Assembly (NCBI RefSeq): GCF_001677475.2
Contig: NZ_CP015229.1
Source: Escherichia coli
GTDB taxonomy: Bacteria > Pseudomonadota > Gammaproteobacteria > Enterobacterales > Enterobacteriaceae
Length of the DNA: 64,000 bases
Reading direction: 5' to 3' (one strand)
The translations under genes and the position numbers were made by a program. The number at the start of each line of letters is the position of its first letter. The first letter of the stretch is position 1. This document shows positions 31,530-43,870 of this stretch, piece after piece. Below the pieces are notes generated by a model. It saw only the letters and a program-made list of their open reading frames with translations. It did no database searches and was not told the DNA's origin.

Positions 31530-32024
31530 ATGAGCCATGTCTCGTTACAAGAATTTTTGAAAACGGAGCCGGACGGTACGCTGGAGGTGGTAGCCGAACA
31601 ATACAACACCACACTGCTGGAGGTAGTGAGAAATCTACCCTCCTCTACCGTAGTGCCAGGCGATAAATTCGATACTGTCTGGGATACCGTCTGCGAATGG
31701 GGCAACGTCACCACGTTAGTACATACTGCCGATGTAATCCTCGAATTTAGCGGCGAACTGCCTTCGGGTTTCCACCGCCACGGCTATTTCAACCTACGCG
31801 GAAAGCACGGCATGTCCGGGCATATCAAAGCAGAAAACTGCACGCATATTGCCTTGATCGAACGTAAATTTATGGGCATGGACACCGCCTCTATTCTCTT
31901 TTTCAATAAGGAAGGCAGCGCCATGCTGAAAATCTTCCTCGGCAGGGATGACCATCGTCAGCTCCTGAGCGAACAAGTCAACGCCTTCCATGCTCTGGCG
32001 GCATCGTTAAAGGAACACGCCTGA
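31530..32024 (+). CDS. chuX: Haem-binding protein ChuX
   Basis: 164 aa; position and size in the chu operon. Confidence 0.85.
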   Translation: MSHVSLQEFLKTEPDGTLEVVAEQYNTTLLEVVRNLPSSTVVPGDKFDTVWDTVCEWGNVTTLVHTADVILEFSGELPSGFHRHGYFNLRGKHGMSGHIKAENCTHIALIERKFMGMDTASILFFNKEGSAMLKIFLGRDDHRQLLSEQVNAFHALAASLKEHA

Positions 32025-32647
32025 TGACGCCGTGGCTACTCTTTGGCGCAGGCGGAAAAGGTGTGGGTGCCAGAACGCTTGAACTGGCGCTGGCGGAACA
32101 ACGTCCGGTCGTTGCTGTCATTCGTCATGCCGATGCCGCCACGAAACTGACGCAACAAGGCGTACAGGTTTTTACAGGCGACGCCTGTGATGCCAGCGTA
32201 GTAGCGGCTGCTTGCCGCGCAGCTGGCCCGGATGCGCTTATCATCTCAACAATGGGAGGAGCTCAGGATTATCTGGCGCACAGAACAGTGATTGATGAGG
32301 CCGAAAAGGCCGGCATCAGTCGCATGATTCTGGTGACCTCTTTGGGATGCGGCGATAGCTGGCCGTTTTTATCGGAGCGGGCAAAGGCTGCGTTTGGTCA
32401 GGCGGTACGGGAAAAAACGCTGGCGGAAAGCTGGTTGCAAACCAGCCAGCTTGATTACGCCATTCTCCGCCCTGGCGGTCTGCTTGATGGGGCGGCAACG
32501 GGCAAAGCACAACGGATACAAAATCAGGAGTGTCATGGTTTTGTTCACCGTGCCGATGTCGCCGCACATATCCATAAACTGGCAAATGCGCCAGCACTTA
32601 ACCAGCAGGTCTACAGTCTGATTGAACCGGACCTGAAACCGGCGTGA
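32024..32647 (+). CDS. chuY: ChuY (NAD(P)H-dependent reductase-like)
   Basis: 207 aa; start overlaps the chuX stop; Rossmann-like N-terminus. Confidence 0.85.
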   Translation: MTPWLLFGAGGKGVGARTLELALAEQRPVVAVIRHADAATKLTQQGVQVFTGDACDASVVAAACRAAGPDALIISTMGGAQDYLAHRTVIDEAEKAGISRMILVTSLGCGDSWPFLSERAKAAFGQAVREKTLAESWLQTSQLDYAILRPGGLLDGAATGKAQRIQNQECHGFVHRADVAAHIHKLANAPALNQQVYSLIEPDLKPA

Positions 32648-32695
32648 TCCCCCGGCGCGGCATGTCCGCGCCGTAATGTCGTAACGGAGTTTTGC

Positions 32696-33688
32696 GTGCT
32701 CAAGGATTCACTCTCTTCCGCCAGGATCTTTATGGGGCTATCACTATTATTGCTAGCTCTGATGCTGTTCGGTGCCAGTCAGGGAGCGTTAAAGATCAGT
32801 TTTGATGCCCTTTTTGATGAGGAATACCGCGATATCTGGCTCAATATTCGTCTACCACGGGTTTTGCTGGCGGTGCTGGTAGGTGCAGCGTTGGCAACCG
32901 CAGGGGTAATTATGCAGGGGCTTTTTCGCAACCCAATGGCTGACCCTGGATTACTCGGCGTCAGTAGCGGTTCTGCATTAATGGTTGGCGTTGCTATTGT
33001 GCTGCCCTTCTCCTTCCCAGTGGTGCTGGTGCTCTATGAGCAAATGATGTTTGCCATTGCCGGAAGTTTAGTGGTCTGCACCATCATTTTTCTCATCACG
33101 CAGCGCCATCGCGATGGCAGCATGATGCAATTGTTACTCGCCGGTATCGCCATCAATGCCCTGTGCGGCGCAGCGATCGGCATCCTGAGCTATATCGGCG
33201 ATGAGCAGCAGCTACGACAACTCACATTGTGGATGATGGGCAATCTTGGACAGGCGCAATGGCCGACGTTATTGGTTGCCAGTTCATTCATCCTACCGGC
33301 CATTATCGCAACAACTTGTCTCGCCGGAACGCTGAATTTACTGCAGCTCGGTGATGAAGAAGCCCACTACCTCGGCGTGAACGTTAAGCGTAAACGCCAG
33401 CAATTACTGTTAGTGAGCTCACTGCTCGTTGGTGCTGCCGTATCGGTAAGCGGCATTATCGGCTTTATTGGCCTGGTGATCCCGCATCTGATTCGCATGA
33501 CTACCGGGGCAAATCACCGCTGGCTAATCCCTTGTTCCGCCCTCGCCGGAGCCTGTTTATTGCTGATGGCAGACACGCTTGCCCGCACGCTGGTACAGCC
33601 AGCAGAAATGCCCGTGGGATTATTAACCAGCCTGCTTGGTGGCCCTTATTTTATGTGGTTGATTCTGCGCAACCGGAGGATCACATGA
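32696..33688 (+). CDS. chuU: Haem ABC transporter permease ChuU
   Basis: 330 aa FecCD-family permease; GTG start with GGAG RBS. Confidence 0.85.
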   Translation: MLKDSLSSARIFMGLSLLLLALMLFGASQGALKISFDALFDEEYRDIWLNIRLPRVLLAVLVGAALATAGVIMQGLFRNPMADPGLLGVSSGSALMVGVAIVLPFSFPVVLVLYEQMMFAIAGSLVVCTIIFLITQRHRDGSMMQLLLAGIAINALCGAAIGILSYIGDEQQLRQLTLWMMGNLGQAQWPTLLVASSFILPAIIATTCLAGTLNLLQLGDEEAHYLGVNVKRKRQQLLLVSSLLVGAAVSVSGIIGFIGLVIPHLIRMTTGANHRWLIPCSALAGACLLLMADTLARTLVQPAEMPVGLLTSLLGGPYFMWLILRNRRIT

Positions 33689-34455
33689 TCAGCGCCCAGA
33701 ATCTGGTTTATAGCCTTCAGGGGCGGCGTCTGACTGACAATGTCTCGCTGACTTTTCCCGGTGGGGAAATTGTTGCCATTCTCGGCCCTAATGGTGCGGG
33801 AAAATCTACGCTGCTTCGCCAGTTAACCGGCTATCTTCAACCTGATAGCGGCGAATGTCGGTTGTTTAATAAGCCATTAAATGAATGGTCGATTACTGAA
33901 CTGGCGAAACACCGGGCCGTGATGCGTCAAAATAGCCACATGGCGTTTCCATTCAGCGTACAAGAAGTTATCCAGATGGGGCGGCATCCGCATCGTACTG
34001 GTAATCAGGATAATGAAACAGCACAAATAATGGCGTTATGTGACTGTCAGGCGTTAGCAAACCGCGACTATCGGCAATTATCCGGTGGTGAACAACAGCG
34101 CGTGCAATTAGCGCGCCTGCTGGTGCAACTCTGGGAACCTACTCCCTCACCGAAATGGTTATTTCTTGATGAACCAACTTCGGCGCTGGATATTCACCAT
34201 CAGCAGCACTTGTTCCGTTTATTACGCCAGTTAGTTCACGAACGGCAGTTCAATGTTTGCTGCGTATTGCACGATCTAAATCTTGCCGCACGTTATGCAG
34301 ACCGTATTGTATTAATGCAAAAAGGAAAGGTTATCGCAAATGGTAAACCGCAGGATGTATTGACACAGCAGGCGCTGACAATGCTCTACGGCGCGGATAT
34401 TACCGTACTTAAAGATCCTGCCAACCATTCACCACTGATCGTCCTCGATCATTAA
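33685..34455 (+). CDS. chuV: Haem ABC transporter ATPase ChuV/HmuV
   Basis: 256 aa from ATG overlapping the chuU stop (ATGA); Walker [10 protein letters not shown]; LSGGEQQR signature. Confidence 0.85.
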   Translation: MISAQNLVYSLQGRRLTDNVSLTFPGGEIVAILGPNGAGKSTLLRQLTGYLQPDSGECRLFNKPLNEWSITELAKHRAVMRQNSHMAFPFSVQEVIQMGRHPHRTGNQDNETAQIMALCDCQALANRDYRQLSGGEQQRVQLARLLVQLWEPTPSPKWLFLDEPTSALDIHHQQHLFRLLRQLVHERQFNVCCVLHDLNLAARYADRIVLMQKGKVIANGKPQDVLTQQALTMLYGADITVLKDPANHSPLIVLDH

Positions 34456-34506
34456 AAGCAACAGGAGTACCGCACTGGTACTCCTGCGAATAAATAACTA
34501 TACAGA

Positions 34507-35154
34507 TTAGCTAATTGAAACGCCTTTCACCCCTGCCATACCTTTTAATAATCGCAACAGATCTTCTATCGACGTTGTGGCATGAAGCTGGATATCAATG
34601 GCGACCACTTCATGATCTTCATTTTCCTGCAACGAAACTAAATCAGTTTTTATTTTTTGCTGCTTAAACCAGTCGAGCATTGATACCGTATTACCGTTCA
34701 CTAATGTCAGCTGTAAATGGTAATTTTTGTTCATCAGGCGGAAGGTTAATTGATGGAAGACTTCCAGCACCAGTAAGGTCATCACTGAACCATAAATGCC
34801 CAGTTCGTACATACCGCTGCCAATAACCATACCAATGGCGGCGGTCACCCAGATATCCGCTGCCGTCGTCAGACCTACAATATTTTGGTTACGAACGAGA
34901 ATGTTACCTGCACCGATAAACCCGACGCCCGTCACCACCTGAGCAGCAATACGGCTGGGGTCCAGTCCGACGTGATCTAAAGACAGCACGTCAGCAAAAC
35001 CATATTTCGAAACAATCATAAACAGGGCGCTTCCCATGCCAATTAATACATGTGTGCGTAACCCTGCTCCTTTGCCGCGCATTTGCCTTTCCATGCCAAT
35101 AGCGCCACAGGCAATTGCCGCGAGTATAAGACGTATAATAAATTCTGCTGTCAT
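34507..35154 (-). CDS. yhiD: MgtC-family inner-membrane protein YhiD
   Basis: 215 aa from MTAEFIIRLILAAIACGAIGMERQ. Confidence 0.85.
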   Translation of the reverse strand: MTAEFIIRLILAAIACGAIGMERQMRGKGAGLRTHVLIGMGSALFMIVSKYGFADVLSLDHVGLDPSRIAAQVVTGVGFIGAGNILVRNQNIVGLTTAADIWVTAAIGMVIGSGMYELGIYGSVMTLLVLEVFHQLTFRLMNKNYHLQLTLVNGNTVSMLDWFKQQKIKTDLVSLQENEDHEVVAIDIQLHATTSIEDLLRLLKGMAGVKGVSIS

Positions 35155-35217
35155 ATAAAAATGCAAAAAGGAGCAGCAAGATGGCTCAACTTGCTACTCC
35201 TTTTTACTTGTACCTCA

Positions 35218-35544
35218 TTAATTCGGCAAGTCATTAGATGCTTGATTTTTGAAGGTATACAAATTTTTCTGCGGGTTTTTCTTGCAGTATTCGATCACTT
35301 TAGGAATTTGAGTGAGATCGGTTTCATTTAAAGTAACGGTATCGCCACCTTTATATACTGTTTCTTCATGCAGCATCCACCATGCAACCGGTGTCATTGC
35401 TTTTGGATTCAGATCAATAAATTCCTGGCAGGTCATATCTTTAGCGGATTCATTGGCTGCCAGCGCAGATTGTGCGTTCACCAGTGACAAAGCCGCTACA
35501 GCGCCCATAAAAATAAACGCTTTACGGAGAGATGAAATGTTCAT
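35218..35544 (-). CDS. hdeB: Periplasmic acid-stress chaperone HdeB
   Basis: 108 aa from MNISSLRKAFIFMGAVAALS. Confidence 0.9.
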   Translation of the reverse strand: MNISSLRKAFIFMGAVAALSLVNAQSALAANESAKDMTCQEFIDLNPKAMTPVAWWMLHEETVYKGGDTVTLNETDLTQIPKVIEYCKKNPQKNLYTFKNQASNDLPN

Positions 35545-35659
35545 TTTGTAACCCATTCAATATAGAGATTATATACAAACAGGAGGAATAGCTGCTTTTA
35601 AAGAAGATATTCCGGCCTGTTCAATATGCAAGGAAATACAATGTAACGCATTCCCGGTA

Positions 35660-35992
35660 TTACATATCTTTCTTAATTTTGTCCCATTCGCCTTTAACTT
35701 TATCTTTAAAGCTGGCTTTTTTATCCTGAGTACAAGCCTGAACGATAGCTGGGGTTACGGTTGCAATACCCTGAACATCTAAAACCGCATCTTCTGGTTT
35801 ATCTTTGTTGTTCAGTGCTTCAGCAAAACCAACTGCAGTTGGCTGGAAGGATTCGTCCACAGCCAGGAAATCTTCACAGGTCCAGGAGTTGACCGGTTTT
35901 TTGTTATCAGCTGCTTTTTGTGCATCCGCTGCATTGCTCACTACTGGCAGAAGAAGCAGACCACCAAGAATAACGCCTAATACTTTTTTCAT
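35660..35992 (-). CDS. hdeA: Periplasmic acid-stress chaperone HdeA
   Basis: 110 aa, MKKVLGVILGGLLLLPVVSNA... Confidence 0.95.
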   Translation of the reverse strand: MKKVLGVILGGLLLLPVVSNAADAQKAADNKKPVNSWTCEDFLAVDESFQPTAVGFAEALNNKDKPEDAVLDVQGIATVTPAIVQACTQDKKASFKDKVKGEWDKIKKDM

Positions 35993-36246
35993 CGTAATAT
36001 CCTCAACTATAAAGTGAAAGAGCCGTCACGAATCAATTTCGACACTGAGGTTATAACCTGGTTTTCTGTATATGTCATGTTGATGGAAAATATCAAAATC
36101 AGATATTTTTATTTCAATACAATGAGTTACAGATACATCAGATACTGTAATTAGGAAATTTTTATTAAATCGCCTGCATTCTTAGACGCGTTTTTGGCAT
36201 AGATTGATAGCAGGGGATTTTCTTCTTAATTTTATAGGGTGGTTCT

Positions 36247-36819
36247 ATGTTATATATAGATAAGGCAACAATTTTGAAGTTTGATCTGGAGATGCTGAAA
36301 AAGCATCGCAGAGCAATCCAGTTTATTGCCGTGCTACTGTTTATCGTCGGGTTGCTGTGTATCAGTTTCCCGTTCGTCTCTGGCGATATTTTAAGCACAG
36401 TAGTGGGTGCATTATTAATCTGCTCGGGCATTGCGCTTATTGTCGGGTTATTCAGCAACCGCAGTCATAATTTCTGGCCGGTATTATCCGGTTTCCTCGT
36501 CGCAGTCGCCTATTTATTGATCGGCTATTTCTTCATCCGCGCACCGGAGCTGGGCATTTTTGCCATTGCGGCATTTATTGCCGGTTTGTTCTGTGTTGCA
36601 GGGGTTATTCGCCTGATGAGTTGGTATCGTCAGCGTTCAATGAAAGGCAGCTGGCTACAGCTCGTTATTGGTGTGCTGGATATCGTCATTGCCTGGATAT
36701 TCCTTGGTGCAACGCCGATGGTGTCTGTAACTTTGGTTTCCACACTGGTGGGTATTGAACTGATATTTAGCGCCGCCAGCCTGTTCAGCTTCGCCAGTTT
36801 GTTCGTTAAGCAGCAATAA
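36247..36819 (+). CDS. hdeD: Acid-resistance membrane protein HdeD
   Basis: 190 aa, multi-TM. Confidence 0.9.
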   Translation: MLYIDKATILKFDLEMLKKHRRAIQFIAVLLFIVGLLCISFPFVSGDILSTVVGALLICSGIALIVGLFSNRSHNFWPVLSGFLVAVAYLLIGYFFIRAPELGIFAIAAFIAGLFCVAGVIRLMSWYRQRSMKGSWLQLVIGVLDIVIAWIFLGATPMVSVTLVSTLVGIELIFSAASLFSFASLFVKQQ

Positions 36820-37617
36820 TTATCCCAGTTATCACCCGGATCATAGTCACTTGATGTGACTATGATCCGATTAATACTCTCTCCACTACACAGCGTTGTA
36901 GATCAATTGCGCACTATCATTGAAATAATTACCTGCTGATGATTATTTCAACCTACTGAATTTCATCTGATTTTTTTCACTCCATGGCAAATTAGCCATT
37001 TCAAACATTATCATGGCTGATATTTTCCGTAGTCAGGTTTAATGTTTTAAAAGTGCTGTGGGAAAGTGAACAAAGAGTTCCGTAAGCGTTGATGCTATGG
37101 GCGGTTAAATAAGTAATCCGGGTTCATTTTTTTGCAACAGGCGTTGATTACATTGCATAAATATCCGTGTCTCCAGACGCTATATAAAAACCTGAAGACA
37201 TGAATGAGTTATTTACTCAGGTAATTTCAATGCGTTAAAAGAAAGCTGGCAATCCAATTGCCAGCTTAAGTCGAAACAAGGAGACTCGATATTTAAATCG
37301 GATTACATTTTAACTTTAGTAATATTCTTCAGAGATCACAAACTGGTTATTGATAACTTATTCTTGGGCAGTAATCCGCAAACGTTAACTTTTTGTTTAC
37401 TATTTACAAACTGATAACAACCAGGAATCTTACTTAGGATCAATATATGGAGTGCGTGATGGAGAAATCTGAAGTATTGATTAGTGTTAATAGACGTATT
37501 AGTTCACGAAGGGCAAAGTTCTTATAGGCGTTTACTATATTGAACAACGATTCGGACAAGGATGTAAATAATGAAAAGGATGACATGTTCGAAACGATAA
37601 CGGCTAAGGAGCAAGTT
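36820..37617 (+). promoter_or_regulatory. Long AT-rich gadE upstream regulatory region
   Basis: About 800 bp non-coding AT-rich leader ahead of gadE; known in K-12 as a multi-promoter control region. Confidence 0.5.
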
Positions 37618-38145
37618 ATGATTTTTCTCATGACGAAAGATTCTTTTCTTTTACAGGGCTTTTGGCAGTTGAAAGATAATCACGAAATGATAAAAATCAA
37701 TTCCCTGTCAGAGATCAAAAAAGTAGGCAATAAACCCTTCAAGGTTATCATTGATACCTATCACAATCATATCCTTGATGAAGAAGCGATTAAATTTCTG
37801 GAGAAATTAGATGCCGAGAGAATTATTGTTTTGGCACCTTATCACATCAGTAAACTAAAAGCTAAAGCGCCTATTTATTTTGTCAGCCGCAAAGAAAGCA
37901 TCAAAAATCTTCTTGAGATTACTTATGGTAAACACTTGCCCCATAAGAATTCACAATTATGTTTTTCACATAATCAGTTCAAAATTATGCAACTGATTCT
38001 GAAAAATAAAAATGAAAGCAATATCACGTCGACGCTCAATATTTCGCAACAAACATTAAAGATTCAGAAATTCAACATTATGTACAAGCTGAAACTAAGA
38101 CGTATGAGCGACATCGTCACCCTGGGTATCACATCTTATTTTTAG
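37618..38145 (+). CDS. gadE: Acid-resistance transcriptional activator GadE (LuxR family)
   Basis: 175 aa from MIFLMTKDSFLLQGFWQL. Confidence 0.9.
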   Translation: MIFLMTKDSFLLQGFWQLKDNHEMIKINSLSEIKKVGNKPFKVIIDTYHNHILDEEAIKFLEKLDAERIIVLAPYHISKLKAKAPIYFVSRKESIKNLLEITYGKHLPHKNSQLCFSHNQFKIMQLILKNKNESNITSTLNISQQTLKIQKFNIMYKLKLRRMSDIVTLGITSYF

Positions 38146-38483
38146 TCAGGACATAAGCAACTGAAATTGATGGCTGGCATGACGAGGGATGCAGATGCTG
38201 ATTTCATTACCCCCGGTGATTACTAAAGGAGAGGTTAAAACGACTTTATTCCCCTGGTATGTGTATCCACCAGTAGAACCCTTCGTTGCCCGAATGCTGG
38301 CAGGAACTGTTGGCAGAACGGCAACATTTTTTTTGTCGTTGACCTCACCATGTCGATCACTATGCCTGTATCCCACCTTACTGGCTGACAACCCCACTAT
38401 GCCGCTGGTCTGTAAATCCCTCATATCTCTCCTCGCGCGCAATTTAAAGAACCGTTATTTCTCAAGAATTTTCAGGGACTAAA

Positions 38484-39641
38484 ATGAACAGAAGAAGAAA
38501 GCTGTTAATACCGTTGTTATTCTGCGGCGCGATGCTCACCGCCTGCGATGACAAATCGGCGGAAAACGCCGCCGCCATGACGCCTGAGGTCGGTGTCGTC
38601 ACACTCTCCCCCGGTTCGGTCAATGTATTGAGCGAATTGCCCGGTAGAACCGTTCCTTATGAAGTTGCCGAGATACGTCCCCAGGTGGGCGGTATTATCA
38701 TTAAACGCAACTTTATCGAAGGCGATAAAGTGAACCAGGGCGATTCGCTGTATCAGATTGATCCTGCACCTTTACAGGCCGAGCTGAACTCCGCCAAAGG
38801 CACGCTGGCGAAAGCGCTCTCTACCGCCAGCAATGCCCGCATCACCTTTAACCGCCAGGCATCGTTGCTGAAGACCAACTACGTTAGCCGTCAGGATTAC
38901 GACACCGCGCGCACCCAGTTGAATGAAGCAGAAGCCAATGTCACCGTCGCCAAAGCGGCTGTTGAACAGGCGACTATCAACCTGCAATACGCAAATGTCA
39001 CCTCGCCGATTACGGGCGTCAGCGGGAAATCGTCGGTGACCGTCGGCGCACTCGTTACCGCTAATCAGGCAGATTCGCTGGTTACCGTACAACGTCTGGA
39101 CCCGATTTATGTCGATCTCACGCAGTCGGTGCAGGATTTCTTGCGCATGAAAGAAGAGGTCGCCAGTGGGCAAATCAAACAGGTTCAGGGCAGTACGCCA
39201 GTACAGCTCAATCTGGAAAATGGTAAACGTTACAGCCAGACCGGCACGCTGAAATTCTCCGACCCAACGGTAGATGAAACCACGGGCTCCGTGACGTTAC
39301 GGGCGATTTTCCCCAACCCAAATGGTGACTTGCTGCCTGGCATGTATGTCACGGCATTAGTGGATGAAGGTAGCCGCCAGAATGTATTACTGGTGCCGCA
39401 GGAAGGCGTCACCCACAACGCCCAGGGTAAAGCAACGGCGCTCATTCTGGATAAAGACGATGTTGTGCAGCTACGCGAAATTGAAGCCAGCAAAGCCATC
39501 GGCGACCAGTGGGTCGTCACCTCTGGCTTGCAGGCTGGCGATCGGGTGATCGTTTCCGGTTTGCAACGCATTCGTCCGGGTATCAAAGCACGAGCAATTT
39601 CCTCCAGCCAGGAAAACGCCAGCACCGAATCGAAACAATAA
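38484..39641 (+). CDS. mdtE: RND efflux periplasmic adaptor MdtE
   Basis: 385 aa; lipoprotein signal LTAC. Confidence 0.95.
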   Translation: MNRRRKLLIPLLFCGAMLTACDDKSAENAAAMTPEVGVVTLSPGSVNVLSELPGRTVPYEVAEIRPQVGGIIIKRNFIEGDKVNQGDSLYQIDPAPLQAELNSAKGTLAKALSTASNARITFNRQASLLKTNYVSRQDYDTARTQLNEAEANVTVAKAAVEQATINLQYANVTSPITGVSGKSSVTVGALVTANQADSLVTVQRLDPIYVDLTQSVQDFLRMKEEVASGQIKQVQGSTPVQLNLENGKRYSQTGTLKFSDPTVDETTGSVTLRAIFPNPNGDLLPGMYVTALVDEGSRQNVLLVPQEGVTHNAQGKATALILDKDDVVQLREIEASKAIGDQWVVTSGLQAGDRVIVSGLQRIRPGIKARAISSSQENASTESKQ

Positions 39642-39665
39642 CGTTGCAGGCTTAAGGGGACTTTC

Positions 39666-42600
39666 ATGGCTAACTATTTTATTGATCGCCCGGTTTTTGC
39701 CTGGGTACTTGCCATTATTATGATGCTTGCAGGCGGTCTGGCGATCATGAACTTACCGGTTGCGCAGTATCCGCAGATTGCGCCACCGACCATTACCGTC
39801 AGCGCTACCTATCCTGGTGCCGATGCGCAAACAGTAGAAGACTCGGTCACTCAGGTGATTGAGCAAAATATGAATGGGCTTGATGGCCTGATGTACATGT
39901 CTTCAACCAGTGATGCGGCGGGTAATGCCTCTATCACTCTGACCTTCGAGACTGGGACATCGCCTGATATCGCACAGGTTCAGGTGCAAAATAAACTGCA
40001 ACTCGCTATGCCTTCATTACCTGAAGCGGTGCAGCAGCAGGGGATTAGCGTCGATAAGTCGAGCAGTAATATCCTGATGGTAGCGGCGTTCATTTCTGAT
40101 AACGGCAGCCTCAACCAGTACGATATCGCCGACTATGTCGCGTCTAATATCAAAGACCCGCTAAGCCGTACCGCGGGCGTTGGTAGCGTACAACTCTTTG
40201 GTTCCGAGTATGCCATGCGTATCTGGCTGGACCCGCAAAAACTCAATAAATATAACCTGGTACCTTCCGATGTTATTTCCCAGATTAAGGTGCAAAACAA
40301 CCAGATTTCCGGTGGTCAACTGGGTGGCATGCCACAGGCGGCAGACCAGCAACTGAACGCCTCGATCATTGTGCAGACTCGTCTGCAAACGCCGGAAGAA
40401 TTTGGCAAAATCCTGTTGAAAGTTCAGCAAGATGGTTCGCAAGTGCTGCTGCGTGATGTCGCCCGCGTCGAACTTGGGGCGGAAGATTATTCCACCGTGG
40501 CGCGCTATAACGGCAAACCTGCTGCCGGGATCGCCATCAAACTGGCTGCCGGAGCGAACGCCCTGGATACCTCGCGGGCAGTCAAAGAGGAGCTGAACCG
40601 CTTATCAGCCTATTTCCCCGCAAGTCTGAAGACGGTTTATCCTTACGACACCACGCCGTTTATCGAAATTTCTATTCAGGAAGTTTTCAAAACACTGGTT
40701 GAGGCTATCATCCTCGTCTTCCTGGTCATGTATCTGTTTTTGCAGAATTTCCGTGCCACAATCATCCCGACAATTGCCGTACCGGTGGTTATTCTCGGGA
40801 CGTTTGCGATCTTGTCGGCGGTCGGTTTTACCATCAACACGTTGACTATGTTCGGGATGGTGCTGGCGATAGGGTTACTGGTGGATGACGCCATCGTGGT
40901 GGTGGAGAACGTCGAGCGTGTCATTGCGGAAGATAAGCTACCGCCGAAGGAAGCGACGCATAAATCGATGGGGCAGATCCAACGTGCGCTGGTCGGTATT
41001 GCCGTTGTTCTTTCTGCAGTGTTTATGCCGATGGCCTTTATGAGCGGTGCAACCGGGGAGATCTACCGCCAGTTTTCCATCACGCTGATCTCCTCCATGC
41101 TGCTTTCAGTATTTGTGGCAATGAGCCTGACCCCTGCCCTGTGCGCCACCATTCTGAAAGCCGCGCCGGAAGGCGGTCACAAACCTAACGCCCTGTTCGC
41201 ACGCTTCAACACGCTGTTTGAAAAATCAACTCAGCACTATACCGACAGCACCCGCTCGCTATTGCGTTGTACCGGTCGCTACATGGTGGTCTACCTCCTG
41301 ATTTGCGCCGGGATGGCGGTGCTGTTCCTGCGCACGCCGACCTCTTTCTTACCAGAAGAGGATCAGGGGGTATTTATGACCACCGCGCAGTTACCGTCCG
41401 GTGCCACCATGGTTAACACCACGAAAGTGCTGCAACAGGTGACAGATTATTATCTGACTAAAGAGAAAGATAATGTTCAGTCGGTGTTTACCGTTGGCGG
41501 CTTTGGCTTCAGCGGCCAAGGGCAAAACAACGGTCTGGCGTTTATCAGTCTCAAACCGTGGTCTGAACGTGTCGGTGAGGAAAACTCGGTTACCGCGATC
41601 ATTCAGCGGGCAATGATCGCGCTAAGCAGTATCAATAAAGCCGTCGTCTTCCCGTTCAACTTACCCGCGGTGGCTGAACTGGGTACCGCGTCAGGTTTTG
41701 ATATGGAACTGCTGGACAACGGTAACCTGGGGCACGAAAAACTAACCCAGGCGCGAAACGAGCTGTTATCACTGGCAGCGCAATCACCGAATCAGGTCAC
41801 CGGGGTACGCCCGAACGGCCTGGAAGATACGCCGATGTTCAAAGTGAACGTCAACGCCGCGAAAGCTGAGGCAATGGGTGTGGCGCTGTCTGATATCAAC
41901 CAGACAATTTCCACCGCCTTCGGCAGCAGCTACGTGAACGACTTCCTCAACCAGGGGCGGGTGAAAAAAGTGTATGTCCAGGCAGGCACGCCGTTCCGTA
42001 TGTTGCCGGATAACATCAACCAGTGGTATGTACGCAACGCCTCTGGCACGATGGCACCGCTTTCGGCCTATTCGTCTACCGAATGGACCTATGGTTCACC
42101 GCGACTGGAACGCTACAACGGCATCCCGTCAATGGAGATTTTAGGTGAAGCGGCTGCCGGGAAAAGTACCGGTGACGCCATGAAATTTATGGCAGACCTG
42201 GTCGCTAAACTTCCGGCAGGCGTCGGCTACTCATGGACCGGACTGTCGTATCAGGAAGCGTTATCCTCAAACCAGGCTCCCGCGCTGTATGCCATTTCAC
42301 TGGTCGTGGTGTTCCTCGCCCTCGCCGCACTTTATGAGAGCTGGTCAATTCCGTTCTCGGTGATGTTGGTTGTACCGTTAGGCGTCGTTGGCGCATTACT
42401 GGCCACCGATCTACGTGGCTTAAGTAATGACGTCTACTTCCAGGTTGGTTTGCTGACCACCATCGGGCTTTCCGCCAAGAACGCCATCCTGATTGTCGAA
42501 TTTGCCGTTGAGATGATGCAGAAAGAAGGGAAAACGCCGATAGAGGCGATCATCGAAGCGGCGCGAATGCGTTTACGCCCAATCCTGATGACCTCTCTGG

Positions 42601-42779
42601 CCTTTATTCTCGGCGTGCTGCCGCTGGTAATCAGTCATGGTGCCGGTTCCGGCGCGCAAAACGCGGTAGGTACCGGCGTGATGGGCGGGATGTTTGCCGC
42701 AACAGTGCTGGCCATTTACTTCGTTCCAGTCTTTTTCGTTGTAGTGGAACATCTCTTTGCCCGCTTTAAAAAAGCGTAA
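39666..42779 (+). CDS. mdtF: RND efflux transporter MdtF
   Basis: 1037 aa, AcrB-like. Confidence 0.95.
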
Positions 42780-43141
42780 CGTGTAAATGAGAGTAAGGTT
42801 GAACGTGAGGGTTCAGCCTTACTCTTTCCTGCTAACCATTCACCACTCAACAACCAGCTAACCGTCAGGAATACCAGGCTTAGTACACAGCACTGAAAGT
42901 AAAAACCACTCCAGCCATTCGTCATCAATTTGAACAGCACAATACTGACCCACATTCCCGTAATCGTATGAATTGTCAGCTTAATAATCCCAAACATGCC
43001 GAGTCTTTTCCTCCTGAAAATACCTGTACCGCCTGGCAAACTGCGAAAGAGAACTAGCCGGTAGCCCGGCAGAAATCATCAGGGAAGAGTTTCACATGAA
43101 GCACGTGTGAGATCCTGACCAATATTCAAATGCGAAATATG

Positions 43142-43870
43142 TCAGGAAAAGGTACCTGGCGAATGTTGCGCAAACTGATGTGGCGTTACACCATAATATT
43201 GTCGAAATGTGTTTATAAAGTACGACGTACTGCTATATCCACATTTTTCCGCAATAGTATGCAGAGGAATTTGACGTAACTCGAGTAATCGTCTGGCCAT
43301 CGACATCCTGGAGGCGAGTAATATTTTACTGAAACAGGTATTTTCATCCTGCAACTTTTTTTTGATGAGACTCTCGCTGGTATACATTCTTTCCGCGATA
43401 TCGCGCAGATACCAACGTTTGGCGATATCAAAGCTAATAAGGCGTTCAACTTTTCCTGAAACAGTACTGATACTATTGAAAAGTAAGGGGATCAGTTCTT
43501 TCTTATGAGAAAACATCGATAAACAGGAAAGATAGAGCATTTTGCTCAGTATCGGCGAATTTACCCCGGAGTCATTGAAACTATCAAAAATCGCCGTCAC
43601 CAGAGGCATGGGGGGGGACTGGTTAATTAACAAACGGTCTTTGCTATGTAACCCTAAATTGCGTGGTAGCTGACGAATATTTTGTAAGTAATGGCAAATT
43701 GTCAGCTCATCGATATCCAGCCGTCGCGTATCCGGTGAACAAAACGCAAAATCGTCTGCCAAATTTTTATCCAGTAACAGGATACTCTCGTTGTGCAACG
43801 ATATTTTTTGCTGTTCATGATAAATATCGAATGAACGACGAACGAGGATCACCGAGCAGACATGAGTCAT
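43142..43870 (-). CDS. gadW: AraC-family acid-resistance regulator GadW
   Basis: 242 aa; C-terminal AraC HTH. Confidence 0.9.
   Translation of the reverse strand: MTHVCSVILVRRSFDIYHEQQKISLHNESILLLDKNLADDFAFCSPDTRRLDIDELTICHYLQNIRQLPRNLGLHSKDRLLINQSPPMPLVTAIFDSFNDSGVNSPILSKMLYLSCLSMFSHKKELIPLLFNSISTVSGKVERLISFDIAKRWYLRDIAERMYTSESLIKKKLQDENTCFSKILLASRMSMARRLLELRQIPLHTIAEKCGYSSTSYFINTFRQYYGVTPHQFAQHSPGTFS

Noticed and set aside
38146-38482. Overlapping 97/98-aa ORFs on both strands between gadE and mdtE.
   Set aside because: Mutually overlapping, no RBS, no recognisable features; the interval is more plausibly the mdtEF promoter region.
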